Assembly: GCA_051532035.1 (NCBI GenBank)
Contig: JAOPTW010000027.1
Location: forward strand, 32,001-96,000
Origin: Fibrobacterales bacterium
GTDB taxonomy: Bacteria > Fibrobacterota > Fibrobacteria > Fibrobacterales > JAOPTW01
Reading direction: 5' to 3'
DNA length: 64,000 nt
Positions 1 through 9,984 of this stretch are shown one piece after another (the first letter of the stretch is position 1; every line of letters starts with the position of its first letter). The notes under the pieces were generated by a model, which saw nothing but the letters and a program-made list of their open reading frames with translations, made no database searches and was not told where the DNA came from. The position numbers were made by a program, and so were the translations under genes.

Positions 1-361
1 TAAAAAGGTTTTTTGAACGAGCTAAAGCAAAGATCTCTGCCGCATCATTTTTTGTAAGAGTAAATGGTTTCTCACACACCACATGTTTCCCTGCCTCGAG
101 TGCAAGAATCGCCTGCTCTTTATGAAACACATGAGGGGTTGCAATATAAACTACATCCACAGTAGGATCGTTCACCAATTCACTATAGCTGCCATAAAAG
201 GACGTTGCCTCATAGTTACCAGCAAACTCTTTTGCTAAGGCGCTATCCCTCGAAGCAACTGACTGTAATGCACCATATTCACTATTTTTAATTGCAAGAG
301 CAAACTCATGGGCGATACTCCCCAAACCGAGAATACCCCACTGAATCATTTTATGTTCCAT
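1..361 (-). CDS. Gfo/Idh/MocA family oxidoreductase, N-terminal part (runs off window start)
   Basis: Manual translation from ATG at 361: MEHKMIQWGILGLGSIAHEFA...VDVVYIATPHVFHKEQAILALEAGKHVVCEKPF; Rossmann motif plus EKP motif. Confidence 0.9.
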   Translation of the reverse strand, partial: MEHKMIQWGILGLGSIAHEFALAIKNSEYGALQSVASRDSALAKEFAGNYEATSFYGSYSELVNDPTVDVVYIATPHVFHKEQAILALEAGKHVVCEKPFTLTKNDAAEIFALARSKNLF

Positions 362-512
362 ACCATTCTCACTTATTGTTCTATCAGATTAGATCAAAGT
401 TGTACGATAGATTAATAATAGGTTCAAATAGATCAAAGGAGGTGATCTAAGTTCGTAAAAGGAGCGTCAAATTGCTATATTGCCCTTAAAATGCTTTAAA
501 AATGAGGGCAGT

Positions 513-1598
513 GTGTCGAGCGTATTAGGAAATATCTTTAAAATCTCTACCTGGGGTGAAAGCCATGGGAAAGCACTTGGTGTAGTGGTTGATGGGTGCC
601 CTGCGGGAATGCCTATCGATGAAGAGATCATCCAAAAAGAGCTCGACAAGCGCCGCCCTGGACAAAACAAATTAGTTACACAACGAAAAGAGAGTGATAC
701 CGTTGAGTTCCTTTCTGGTATTTTTGAAGGCAAAACCACAGGTACTCCAATATCTATGGTTATCTTCAATGAAGACCAGCGTTCAAGAGACTATGGTAAC
801 ATCGTTGAAACATACCGCCCCTCTCATGCAGACCTAACCTACGATCTTAAATATGGGTTTCGTGACTACCGTGGCGGAGGCAGATCAAGTGCACGTGAAA
901 CTGCCGGACGTGTTGCGGCAGGAGCTCTTGCGAAACAACTCCTCCTTAAAGCCCATGACACCAAAATTCTCGCCTATGTTAAACAAATTGGTTCGGTTAT
1001 TGCAGACATTGACCCACTGACTGTAACTGAAGAAATGGTTGAAGCGCACCCTACTCGATGTCCAAATCCTGAAGCTGCAATACTCATGGAACAAGAGATT
1101 CGTGATGCCCAGAAAGATCATGACTCTGTTGGTGGTGTTATCGAATTGGTTATTACTAACGCCCCTATAGGGCTTGGTGAACCAGTTTTTGACCGTGTTG
1201 AAGCAAACCTTGCTAAGGCAATGCTCTCTATTATGGCCTCAAAAGGATTCGAAATTGGTGAAGGATTTAATGCAGGCTCTATGCGTGGCTCGGCACATAA
1301 TGATGCAATTATCCATGACAAAAGCGGTTTCCATACTAAAACAAACCATGCTGGCGGAACACTCGGTGGCATTACTAATGGTGAACCTATCATCTGTCGT
1401 GTTGCCTTTAAGCCAACCGCAACCATATCACAGCCTCTCGATACCGTCACGCGTTCTGGAGAAACCACATCATTGACAGCGAAAGGAAGACACGACCCCT
1501 GTGTTGCAACCCGTGCACCTGTCATTGTAGAAGCAATGGCCGCTCTTACCCTTGCCGATCTCTTCCTCGAAAATCGCGCAAAGTTTGGAATATTTTAG
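513..1598 (+). CDS. aroC: Chorismate synthase
   Basis: TWGESHG, RPSHAD, GGGRSSARET and GRHDPCV motifs; likely GTG start at 513 after GAGGG (ORF track starts at 480). Confidence 0.97.
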   Translation: MSSVLGNIFKISTWGESHGKALGVVVDGCPAGMPIDEEIIQKELDKRRPGQNKLVTQRKESDTVEFLSGIFEGKTTGTPISMVIFNEDQRSRDYGNIVETYRPSHADLTYDLKYGFRDYRGGGRSSARETAGRVAAGALAKQLLLKAHDTKILAYVKQIGSVIADIDPLTVTEEMVEAHPTRCPNPEAAILMEQEIRDAQKDHDSVGGVIELVITNAPIGLGEPVFDRVEANLAKAMLSIMASKGFEIGEGFNAGSMRGSAHNDAIIHDKSGFHTKTNHAGGTLGGITNGEPIICRVAFKPTATISQPLDTVTRSGETTSLTAKGRHDPCVATRAPVIVEAMAALTLADLFLENRAKFGIF

Positions 1599-1684
1599 CA
1601 AAACTTTGGATACGTTAAAATAGCAGTATTCTTTGGAAATTGTTATCGCTACAAATAGATTACAACAGTATACATAAAGACTTG

Positions 1685-3328
1685 TTACACTCTAAAGTGC
1701 AGTACCTCTTTATTGAGTTCTCGTGATATCTTACTCAACTCTTCTGATTCACCATTTAAACCTTCGACGTCACCAACAGTCTCTTGAAGTGCCCGCTTGA
1801 TCTCGTGTACACTCTCCGTTGTTTCATTAATATGATTGGTGACCTGACCAACATCACTACTTATAGTATCAACAGTAGTGCTGGTATTTGCAACACTTCG
1901 AGCTATTTCATTTGAAGTGCCTGACTGCTCTTCTACCGCAAGTGAAATAGATTGAGACATCTGATTGAGCTCTTCTATAATCTCAGTCACTTTTGATATA
2001 GACAAATTCGTTGCTTTGGTACTTTTTTGCATTCCGTTGATAAGTTTACGTATCTCTTCTGTGGCATCGGATGTTTGAGTTGCAAGTTCTTTTACCTCAT
2101 TGGCTACAACGGCAAAACCTTTACCCGACTCACCAGCACTTGCGGCTTCTATTGTTGCATTGAGTGCAAGCAGATTCGTCTGCCTCGCTATAGCACTAAT
2201 TACTTCAATCACTTTCCCAATTTCGGCAGCTGAGATAGTCAGCCCTTCCATCACCGTTTGTGACTCTTTAGCTTGAATGCCTGCCTCTTTTGCAATGGCG
2301 AGTTCGTGCTGACAACTTTGAGAGACATTTGAAATAGTTGAACTCATCTCATCTACTGCTGAAGCGATGGTATCTGTATTTGCATTGAGCTCTTGAATTG
2401 CACCTGAAATACTTTCAATGTTTTGTTGAGCATTCTCTGTTCTAGATAAGGCACTATCACTCTCTTGTAATAACTTCTCAGAGTTTTCAGTAAGTTCTGA
2501 AGCAACGCCCGCGATAGAACCTGAAGAGCCTCGTAACACATCAACCGTCTCATGAAAGTTCCTGAGGACGCTTCCCACTTTATCAATCATCACATTAATC
2601 GTATTGAGCAACGCGCCAAATTCATCGGTACGGTTGTGTTCTAATGAAATAGTAAAATCTCCTTGCGACACCTTGCGCATCATCTGTTGCACCTGTCCAA
2701 TAGGCTTTATAATGCTTTGACTCAGTACCATAGATATAAGAAGTATCACCCCTACAATGACCAATGAGACGACAACAATAAAGGCAAAGTTTTTATTGAG
2801 TATGGCTGTACTCTGTTCAAACTCACCCTTTGTTGCTACTGAGGCATTCTCAATCTCTTTTTTAATAATAGTATTGAGCTCCTTACTGACATGCGCAAAC
2901 TCAGGATACTGTTCTGTTGCAGAATAGGCATCGGCCGAAATACATATTGTTGAAACATTTACAAATTGCTCTTGAAACAGCTCGAGTTTACTTATCAACA
3001 ACACTGCCACTGTTGAGTCAATACTTCCCTCATTTAGTTGTTTACCACTCTGCTCTATCTTTTGGAGTAACAACTCAGCAGTTGTTTTGATATTAGAAGG
3101 GTCTTCACCGAGCATATTAGAGATGATCAAATTAGGTAGGCCAGCATCTGCTTCAGCAATTGCCGACGCAACCTTTGAAAGCAGCTCCATATTTTTCACG
3201 TTTTTATTGTAAAGAGTATCAAAGGATTGTTTTACAGTATTTGAACCAGCCCCTACAAAGAGGACAATAGTTGCTACTGCAACTGCAGTAATTGCAGGAA
3301 ACAGAAATAATTTACTCTTCACTTTCAT
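1685..3328 (-). CDS. Methyl-accepting chemotaxis protein
   Basis: Two TM segments, helical periplasmic region, HAMP, and [37 protein letters not shown] hairpin. Confidence 0.95.
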   Translation of the reverse strand: MKVKSKLFLFPAITAVAVATIVLFVGAGSNTVKQSFDTLYNKNVKNMELLSKVASAIAEADAGLPNLIISNMLGEDPSNIKTTAELLLQKIEQSGKQLNEGSIDSTVAVLLISKLELFQEQFVNVSTICISADAYSATEQYPEFAHVSKELNTIIKKEIENASVATKGEFEQSTAILNKNFAFIVVVSLVIVGVILLISMVLSQSIIKPIGQVQQMMRKVSQGDFTISLEHNRTDEFGALLNTINVMIDKVGSVLRNFHETVDVLRGSSGSIAGVASELTENSEKLLQESDSALSRTENAQQNIESISGAIQELNANTDTIASAVDEMSSTISNVSQSCQHELAIAKEAGIQAKESQTVMEGLTISAAEIGKVIEVISAIARQTNLLALNATIEAASAGESGKGFAVVANEVKELATQTSDATEEIRKLINGMQKSTKATNLSISKVTEIIEELNQMSQSISLAVEEQSGTSNEIARSVANTSTTVDTISSDVGQVTNHINETTESVHEIKRALQETVGDVEGLNGESEELSKISRELNKEVLHFRV

Positions 3329-3338
3329 AATGGATTAC

Positions 3339-3809
3339 CTATTTATATATACCAGCAACAACGATGTAGTTCTTCCCTTTTACTTTAACGAGCTTACAAT
3401 AAGCAGTCTTAGCATGAATACCTTTTTCACCTGGTTTTTGATAACTATAGTCGGTCCAGCCTTCACCTTTTTCAAGAGCGACCGCAACAATTTCGTCTCG
3501 GAATTTTTTACCCCGCACGTCAGGCTTTCCTTTATATGACTTCCCTATAAGCCCTGGTTTGTAAGGGTGTGCAAGCATAACCGCCTCATCTGAATAGACA
3601 AATGCATAGAGCGCTTTTTCTTTAAAATAAAAGCCACCATCTGGTTGACTGATCTGCTTGAGTCCAGCTTCACCTTTTGCCGCAATTAGCTTTGACGCTT
3701 TTTCCACCAAGGCTTTCGCTTCTTTCTGTTTGTCTGATAACACTCCTGCAAAACTTGTACTACATACCACAAGAACTACCACAAGAAGTGATTGTATTAT
3801 TCGACTCAT
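3339..3809 (-). CDS. Stand-alone exported single Cache (sCache_2-like) domain protein
   Basis: Signal peptide then YAFVY..MLAHP..LIGK..D..GKKF..GEGWTDY..KPG..K pattern; ATG at 3809 preceded by GGAG. Confidence 0.85.
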   Translation of the reverse strand: MSRIIQSLLVVVLVVCSTSFAGVLSDKQKEAKALVEKASKLIAAKGEAGLKQISQPDGGFYFKEKALYAFVYSDEAVMLAHPYKPGLIGKSYKGKPDVRGKKFRDEIVAVALEKGEGWTDYSYQKPGEKGIHAKTAYCKLVKVKGKNYIVVAGIYK

Positions 3810-3949
3810 AGAGTATCTCCTTAATCTTTGATTTATTTGATACAACTATTGTACTACAGTACTTAATGAAAAACCCACAAAAACATCAAAAACTACTCTT
3901 TTGCTTCTCATTAATTGGGGAAATTGGATAGTAGGGAAACGCTGATCAC

Positions 3950-3982
3950 AAAAAAAGCTCTCTCCATAAGGAGAGAGCTTTT
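3950..3982 (-). terminator. Intrinsic terminator of the aldolase-like gene
   Basis: AAAAGCTCTCTCC-ATAA-GGAGAGAGCTTTT perfect stem with A/T tails. Confidence 0.85.
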
Positions 3983-4007
3983 AAAAATTATAATAGATTA
4001 TGAATGA

Positions 4008-4964
4008 CTAATCGCACTCACCTGCGGTGCTTTGGAGGCTTTCGTAAAACTCACGATAATTGTCTTTTTCTGCACTATCACGAAGCGCCATAGCTGCACG
4101 AGGGTGCTCATTCATAATACCGGCAACTGCATAAGGGATAATATAGCCCCATTCAATCTCTTCACGTAATGGGAGCATCTCATTCGTAATACACTCAAGT
4201 ATCGGACGAAGATCATATTTAGGGTTTTTAAGAAAGCCAAGAAGAAGTTCTAAATTACAGTTGCCTGCTGCACGACCAATACCATAAATTGTTGCATCAA
4301 GGCAGTTGGCCCCTTCAATGATTGCCTGAATAGTATTGCCAAAAGCAAGCTGCTGATTATTGTGGCAATGCACTCCAATCTCTTTAGCTTTGATCACTGC
4401 TTTTGCTCGTTTTACGAGTGCCGCCATTGACTCTTGATTGAGATAGCCAAAGCTATCCACAATATTTACTACTTGTACTGTTGATTCATTTTCTAGCTGA
4501 GTAAAAGCATCCTCAAGCTCTGGACCTTGATCCTTAGAAATAGCCATAAGGTTAATTGCAGTTTCGTAGCCTTTCTCGTCAAAAGCATTTGCCATAGCAA
4601 TTGCTTTATCGACATCTTTCACATAACAAGCAACACGCATCATATCTACTGGAGACTCTGATGCTGGCTTGATATCGTCCATATTTACCCGTCCAATATC
4701 AACCATACAAGAAATTTTTGTATTTGTTTCAACGCCTGCAATTACTTCAGCAACAACTTCGTCATCACAAAATTTCCATGGGCCGAACTCATCGGGTGAA
4801 AAAAGATCTTTTGAATTTTTGTAGCCGATCTCAAAGTAATCAACACCTGCAGCTGATGATGCACGGAATACTTTTTTAACAAAATCCATACTAAACTGAT
4901 GGTTGTTAATAAGGCCACCATCACGAATGGTGCAGTCAAGTACTTGGATTTCTGGTCTATACAT
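4008..4964 (-). CDS. DRE-TIM metallolyase (4-hydroxy-2-oxovalerate aldolase-like / HMGL-like)
   Basis: LDCTIRDGG, HCHNNQQLAFGN and GIGRAAGN motifs. Confidence 0.85.
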   Translation of the reverse strand: MYRPEIQVLDCTIRDGGLINNHQFSMDFVKKVFRASSAAGVDYFEIGYKNSKDLFSPDEFGPWKFCDDEVVAEVIAGVETNTKISCMVDIGRVNMDDIKPASESPVDMMRVACYVKDVDKAIAMANAFDEKGYETAINLMAISKDQGPELEDAFTQLENESTVQVVNIVDSFGYLNQESMAALVKRAKAVIKAKEIGVHCHNNQQLAFGNTIQAIIEGANCLDATIYGIGRAAGNCNLELLLGFLKNPKYDLRPILECITNEMLPLREEIEWGYIIPYAVAGIMNEHPRAAMALRDSAEKDNYREFYESLQSTAGECD

Positions 4965-5051
4965 TCTAAAAACCTTTTTTTCTATAAAAATTGCGCTTCA
5001 CAAATGTAGGATTATCGAGCACTATTTTCTATCAATTCACTAATGGGAACT

Positions 5052-6161
5052 CTATTTTGGCCCATTTTGTCTTGGTGGCTCAGAAACGATACAAAGCTCT
5101 CGCAATACCGATGTTGCAAACGCTCCTCTGACTAAGGTACATTCAAGTACAATGTGACCCTCCTCATTAACACTAAAGCTCAAGTCACTTACTTTGAGTC
5201 GAAGCGCACGCCGATCGGCGCGCATATCCTGCTGTAATAATCCCTCAGTAAAAGCACCATATGCTTCAAGCACCCCTTGTTCGTACTCAGCAACCCTTTC
5301 GTCTAGGTTACCACTCTCTTCTCCAAAAAGTGGCCCTGTAGGGTGGATATCCCAGTTTTTGAGTCGTTCGATGATATCATCATCAACATCTTCGGCGGTA
5401 AATACTGCATTTGATGTTTCGAAAGTACAGCGCTCCCCAAACAAAATAGCATTCCAACTCTTGTCAGCAATTCGCTTTGAGAGTACCGCATTAAAAAGAA
5501 GCGAACGAGCAGCTGAGAGATAGAGTCCACGCAATTTTTTACTATTACTCCTCAAGCTTCCATCAAAAAGTTGCTGTGCGCGTATTATATTAATGCCCCC
5601 ATTACCAAAACGTTGTGGACCAAAATAGTTAGGCACTCCATCCCGTTCAATGCGGTTAATACGATCAATAAAATCTTCGATTGAACCCTTAAATTCCTGA
5701 ATTGTAATAGTGAAGTGGTTTGATGCGTGTATCCCTTTTTTCAACTTTTTAGTATGATTGGTAATTGACTCTACAACAACCGAACCACCTAGCGCTTTTA
5801 CCCCTTTATTTTCAGTAATAAATTTACTGAGCTTTTCTCTGGCCACGCTTTTTGTGTAGCGCGGTGCATACACACTCATCCACTGAGATGTCACTGCCTT
5901 TTTATCTTTAAGCCCCGAATACCCAACATCCATGATCTTAACATCAAAATAGGCGGCCAGCGCTTGGGCAACGTCAACAGTATTACACTCCCGTTTTGTT
6001 ATATAGAGACAAAAGTGTTCGCCCGTTCCTTCGGGTGAAAACCCCAGGTTTTCAGCTACTTTAAAATCTTCGGGCCGTGTTTTAATAACCCCAGACGTCT
6101 CTGGTTTACTCTCAGCGTAGTTCCATTCATCTGAATAGGTATAATACGGTTCTTCTGACAT
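5052..6161 (-). CDS. truD: tRNA pseudouridine(13) synthase
   Basis: PEDFKVAE, GYSGLKDKKAVTSQW, GVPNYFGPQRFG, GAFATSVLREL. Confidence 0.95.
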   Translation of the reverse strand: MSEEPYYTYSDEWNYAESKPETSGVIKTRPEDFKVAENLGFSPEGTGEHFCLYITKRECNTVDVAQALAAYFDVKIMDVGYSGLKDKKAVTSQWMSVYAPRYTKSVAREKLSKFITENKGVKALGGSVVVESITNHTKKLKKGIHASNHFTITIQEFKGSIEDFIDRINRIERDGVPNYFGPQRFGNGGINIIRAQQLFDGSLRSNSKKLRGLYLSAARSLLFNAVLSKRIADKSWNAILFGERCTFETSNAVFTAEDVDDDIIERLKNWDIHPTGPLFGEESGNLDERVAEYEQGVLEAYGAFTEGLLQQDMRADRRALRLKVSDLSFSVNEEGHIVLECTLVRGAFATSVLRELCIVSEPPRQNGPK

Positions 6162-6241
6162 ATTTTAAGCCACCCTTTTCACTGTATCTAAATACGCTAG
6201 AAGAATACGGTACAGTTTTTCTGCCCAATCTTCTATTCATA

Positions 6242-6270
6242 TTCACTAAAAAGATAAAAAGTAGTATAAT
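6242..6270 (+). promoter_or_regulatory. Putative sigma70 promoter of the 6289 kinase
   Basis: TTCACT-N17-TATAAT just upstream of the ORF. Confidence 0.5.
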
Positions 6271-6288
6271 TCTCATAATGGAACTACT

Positions 6289-7722
6289 TTGACTTCTATG
6301 AAGACTACACGCCTAAAAATTCGATACATTATAATACTCTTTTTTTTGGGTTTTATAGTTTTTGTGTTTTACAACGAATTATCCCTTGAGAAGCTTGCCC
6401 AGGATCAGCTTAAGAAACACGGTACTATTGTATCGAATGCCCTCTGGAATCTTGATAAAAAGAGTCCCCTCCGATATCTGGAAGAAGCATCGCTCAACCA
6501 TAACTATAAAAAACTGGTACTCCGTGATGACCTCCAGCAAGAGTTTATCAAAATTGATGGCGATACAATTATTAACAATAAAAGCTTTTTTACAACGTTT
6601 TTACCAACCAAGCATCTAGTGTCAAACGTCTATTACAACAACCGAAAAATTGGATCTCTTGAGGTATGGTGGCGTAATGACTCTCTGTTTTTATATAGTA
6701 ATATACTCCTCATGTCCACCTTTATTATACTCGCCCTTTCTCTCTATTTGAAGCTACTCTATACCAATACAAACCTCGAGCAAATGGTTGAAGAGCGTAC
6801 TTTTGAGCTAAAGCAAGTGAATGACAACCTAGCCAATCACAAAGAGCACCTTGAAGAGATAGTCATGGAGCGCACCAAAGAACTTCTTTCAACACAACAG
6901 GCAGCCATTGATAATGCTCACAGGGCGGGCATGGCAGATATTGCTAATGGAGTGCTCCACAACATTGGTAACATTCTTAATAGTGTAAACACCTCAGCCC
7001 ACATTATTCATGAGCTGTCACAAGATTCATTTCATCAAAAATTTGCTGATGCGAACCAAATTCTATCAGAAAATATCGATACCATAAACGACTTTATCAC
7101 CCACGACTCACGCGCCAAGGCACTCTTTGAATACTATATAGAACTCGGGAAAGTACATGCACACAATCAAGAAATGCTCCACAATCATGTAGTACGACTT
7201 CAGGACAAAATAAAAGCAACTATTGATGTCATAGCTTCGCAACAAGCGTATGCAGGAAGCGCCTCAATGAATGAGCTTATCGATGTGAAAGGGGTTATTC
7301 TCGACGCCCTGAGCATGGAGAATCAATCATTAGAAAATAGCAGCGTGAACATAGTTGACAATATGGATCATCATAAAACCTATGCTGACAAAACGAAACT
7401 CATACATATTGTTATAAACCTCATCAAAAATGCTATTGATGCAATGCTTGAGTCACCTAAAAACAGAAAAATACTCACCTTTACTACGCTCTTTGAAAAT
7501 GACACCTTTTATCTCAAAATTGGTGACACAGGATGTGGTATTAGTCAAGATAATCTCAACAATATATTTGCTCATGGATTTACAACAAAAGTGGATGGAC
7601 ATGGCTTTGGCCTCCACTCATGCGCCAACTATATGACTGAAATGAGTGGTAAACTGTATGTAGAGAGTGAGGGTGAAAACAAGGGCGCAACCTTTACCCT
7701 TGCCTTTCATCAAAAAACATAA
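6289..7722 (+). CDS. Membrane sensor histidine kinase
   Basis: Two TM segments, coiled coil, H-box GVLHNIGNILNS, N-box NLIKNAIDA, DTGCGI, GFTTK and GHGFGLH. Confidence 0.92.
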   Translation: MTSMKTTRLKIRYIIILFFLGFIVFVFYNELSLEKLAQDQLKKHGTIVSNALWNLDKKSPLRYLEEASLNHNYKKLVLRDDLQQEFIKIDGDTIINNKSFFTTFLPTKHLVSNVYYNNRKIGSLEVWWRNDSLFLYSNILLMSTFIILALSLYLKLLYTNTNLEQMVEERTFELKQVNDNLANHKEHLEEIVMERTKELLSTQQAAIDNAHRAGMADIANGVLHNIGNILNSVNTSAHIIHELSQDSFHQKFADANQILSENIDTINDFITHDSRAKALFEYYIELGKVHAHNQEMLHNHVVRLQDKIKATIDVIASQQAYAGSASMNELIDVKGVILDALSMENQSLENSSVNIVDNMDHHKTYADKTKLIHIVINLIKNAIDAMLESPKNRKILTFTTLFENDTFYLKIGDTGCGISQDNLNNIFAHGFTTKVDGHGFGLHSCANYMTEMSGKLYVESEGENKGATFTLAFHQKT

Positions 7723-7739
7723 TTTATTTTACCGCTATG

Positions 7740-7770
7740 ACCACATTTTAACCACATTTTAACCACATTT
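7740..7770. repeat. Three direct repeats ACCACATTTTA (11-bp period); probable regulator binding site
   Basis: accacatttta accacatttta accacattt, upstream of TATACT (7786-7791) and the YfiR gene. Confidence 0.7.
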
Positions 7771-7818
7771 CATTTCAAATTTCGGTATACTTAAAGTGGA
7801 CCTTTTTATACCAAACAC

Positions 7819-8346
7819 ATGAAATTAAAAATAGCACTTCTCATACTTTTTTTGATGGCCCCACTCACTGGCCAGTCAAAGGAATATATTGTGAAGTCTA
7901 TATTTCTTGCAAAGTTTTCGAAGTTTATTGAATGGCCTAAAGCAAAGATGAAAAGTGATTCATTTGTCATAGGTATCTATGGAAACAACTCCTATGCAGG
8001 CATCATTGAAAAAGTATATCAAACAAAGAACATAAAGAAAAAAGATGTAGAGATCCGATATATTGACAACCTCAATGAAATATCATCATGTCACATTCTC
8101 GTACTCAATTCAGACAATACACAATCACTCTCTGAATTAACAGCTATAGCAAATCGTCACAGTGTACTCACCATCTTAAATGACCCCACTACAGACTTTA
8201 ATGGCACCATTATTACCTTTTTTATTGGAAGCAATAACACTGTTGGCTTTTCTATCAACCAAGAAAGCATGAAAGAGAGTTCACTCGACATCAACTTTAT
8301 GCTTGTAGAGATAGCCAACTCGCTTAACAAAGGAGGGAGCAGATGA
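7819..8346 (+). CDS. YfiR/HmsC-family (DUF4154) periplasmic protein
   Basis: Signal peptide; EYIVKSIFLAKFSKFIEWP, CHIL and VGFSIN...L.I...L motifs. Confidence 0.88.
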   Translation: MKLKIALLILFLMAPLTGQSKEYIVKSIFLAKFSKFIEWPKAKMKSDSFVIGIYGNNSYAGIIEKVYQTKNIKKKDVEIRYIDNLNEISSCHILVLNSDNTQSLSELTAIANRHSVLTILNDPTTDFNGTIITFFIGSNNTVGFSINQESMKESSLDINFMLVEIANSLNKGGSR

Positions 8347-9971
8347 GTCGCTTTGCCACCCTCTCTATAAAAAGTAAGATTGTACTCATCATTGTAGTCG
8401 TTAGTTTTATTGTGATATCTATCACTACTACAATCATCAGCTACGTTCATATGAGTGACTACAAAGAGAATCTACTCCACCATTCTCAAATTAAAGCAAA
8501 ACTCGTTGGTGAATACTGTATTACCGCTCTCAGTTTCAATTATCCAAAACGCGCGGAAGAGATTCTTGAAAAGTTAAAAAACGATCCATCTATTATACAA
8601 GCAGATATTTATCATTCCGATCTCACTCCTTTTGCTTCCTATCCAGAAAGCGAAAATAATCACTCGTATGACGCACGCTACACTGAGGCCTATGCCGAAT
8701 TTGATGGTGACACTCTTAATACTTATCAACCCATAGCCTTCAACAATGAAGTGTATGGCTATATCCACTTACAAAACTTTACGAGTATGAGTTCAAAACT
8801 CCGTGACCAAATAACGATGATACTCATACTCTTTGCCGGAGTAATGCTTTTTGCTCTCTTTATCGCTCGAGCATTGCAAAGTATTATATCAAACCCTATT
8901 ATCTCACTCTCAAATATCGCTCACCTGATCTCTACCAATCACGACTATAGTATACGAGTAAAAAAGGTGAACAGTGATGAGATCGGAGAGCTCTTTGATA
9001 ATTTTAATACACTTTTGAGCGAGACTGAGCATAAGGAAATTGAGCGGAACGAAGCCATACGCGCATTACAAGAGCACAAAGAGACCCTTGAAACCAAAGT
9101 AAAAGAGCGTACCGACACGCTAATGAGTACCCAAAAAGAACTCATTGACAATGCGCACAAGGCAGGTATGGCCGACATTGCAAGCGGCGCACTCCACAAT
9201 GTTGGGAACATTCTAAATAGCATTAAGACATCTGCATCACTCATTTTAGAATTCCATAACAATTCAGGCTTTTCTCGTTTTAAACAGGCGAACACCCTCC
9301 TCAGAGATAATTTTGATACCATAGAAGATTTTATCATTCATGATCCTAAAGGCAAGAAGCTTCTCATGTATTATCTTGAGATAGAAAAGATGCAGGAGTC
9401 ATCAGAAGAACAGATCAATAGTCATATACACCGGCTGATTGATAAAGTCAATTCAAGTGTTGATGTGATTCATGCCCAGCAGAGCTATGCCAGTGCAACA
9501 TCACTTACTGAGATGTATAGTGTCAGTGAAATTATTGAAGATGGCCTTGCTATGGAAAGTAGCTCCATAGATAAACACGGTATTTCGATTGTTAAAAACT
9601 ATTACCCAGTCCCCGATGTACCAATACAACGCACGAAATTAATTCACATTATTATTAATCTCATAAACAATGCCAAAGAAGCAATGGAAGAGATACCGCG
9701 TACTGAAAGAACGTTATCCATTGAAGTCGTAGATCAAGGGAGTGAAATAACAATTACTGTTTCTGATTCGGGTCATGGTATATCCCCTGAAAACCTCAAT
9801 AATATTTTTTCACATGGCTTTACCACAAAAGAGCAAGGGCACGGCTTTGGCCTCCACTCTTGTGCAAACTACATGACTGAGATGGGTGGCCGTATGAGTG
9901 TCTCTTCAGGCAAAGTCTTGCCGGGAGCCACCTTTACCCTCATTTTTGTAAAAGAGCTCGACAACACTTAA
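8343..9971 (+). CDS. Sensor histidine kinase with YfiN-type (CHASE8-like) periplasmic domain and HAMP
   Basis: ATGA overlap with YfiR; ALSF..., DEIGELFDNFN HAMP, H-box GALHNVGNILNS, GHGFGLH. Confidence 0.9.
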   Translation: MSRFATLSIKSKIVLIIVVVSFIVISITTTIISYVHMSDYKENLLHHSQIKAKLVGEYCITALSFNYPKRAEEILEKLKNDPSIIQADIYHSDLTPFASYPESENNHSYDARYTEAYAEFDGDTLNTYQPIAFNNEVYGYIHLQNFTSMSSKLRDQITMILILFAGVMLFALFIARALQSIISNPIISLSNIAHLISTNHDYSIRVKKVNSDEIGELFDNFNTLLSETEHKEIERNEAIRALQEHKETLETKVKERTDTLMSTQKELIDNAHKAGMADIASGALHNVGNILNSIKTSASLILEFHNNSGFSRFKQANTLLRDNFDTIEDFIIHDPKGKKLLMYYLEIEKMQESSEEQINSHIHRLIDKVNSSVDVIHAQQSYASATSLTEMYSVSEIIEDGLAMESSSIDKHGISIVKNYYPVPDVPIQRTKLIHIIINLINNAKEAMEEIPRTERTLSIEVVDQGSEITITVSDSGHGISPENLNNIFSHGFTTKEQGHGFGLHSCANYMTEMGGRMSVSSGKVLPGATFTLIFVKELDNT

Positions 9972-9984
9972 CAACAAGGCTATC

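Noticed and set aside
1638..1656. AATTGTTATCGCTACAAAT resembling the lac operator
   Set aside because: Needs two deletions to match and lies between convergent 3' ends
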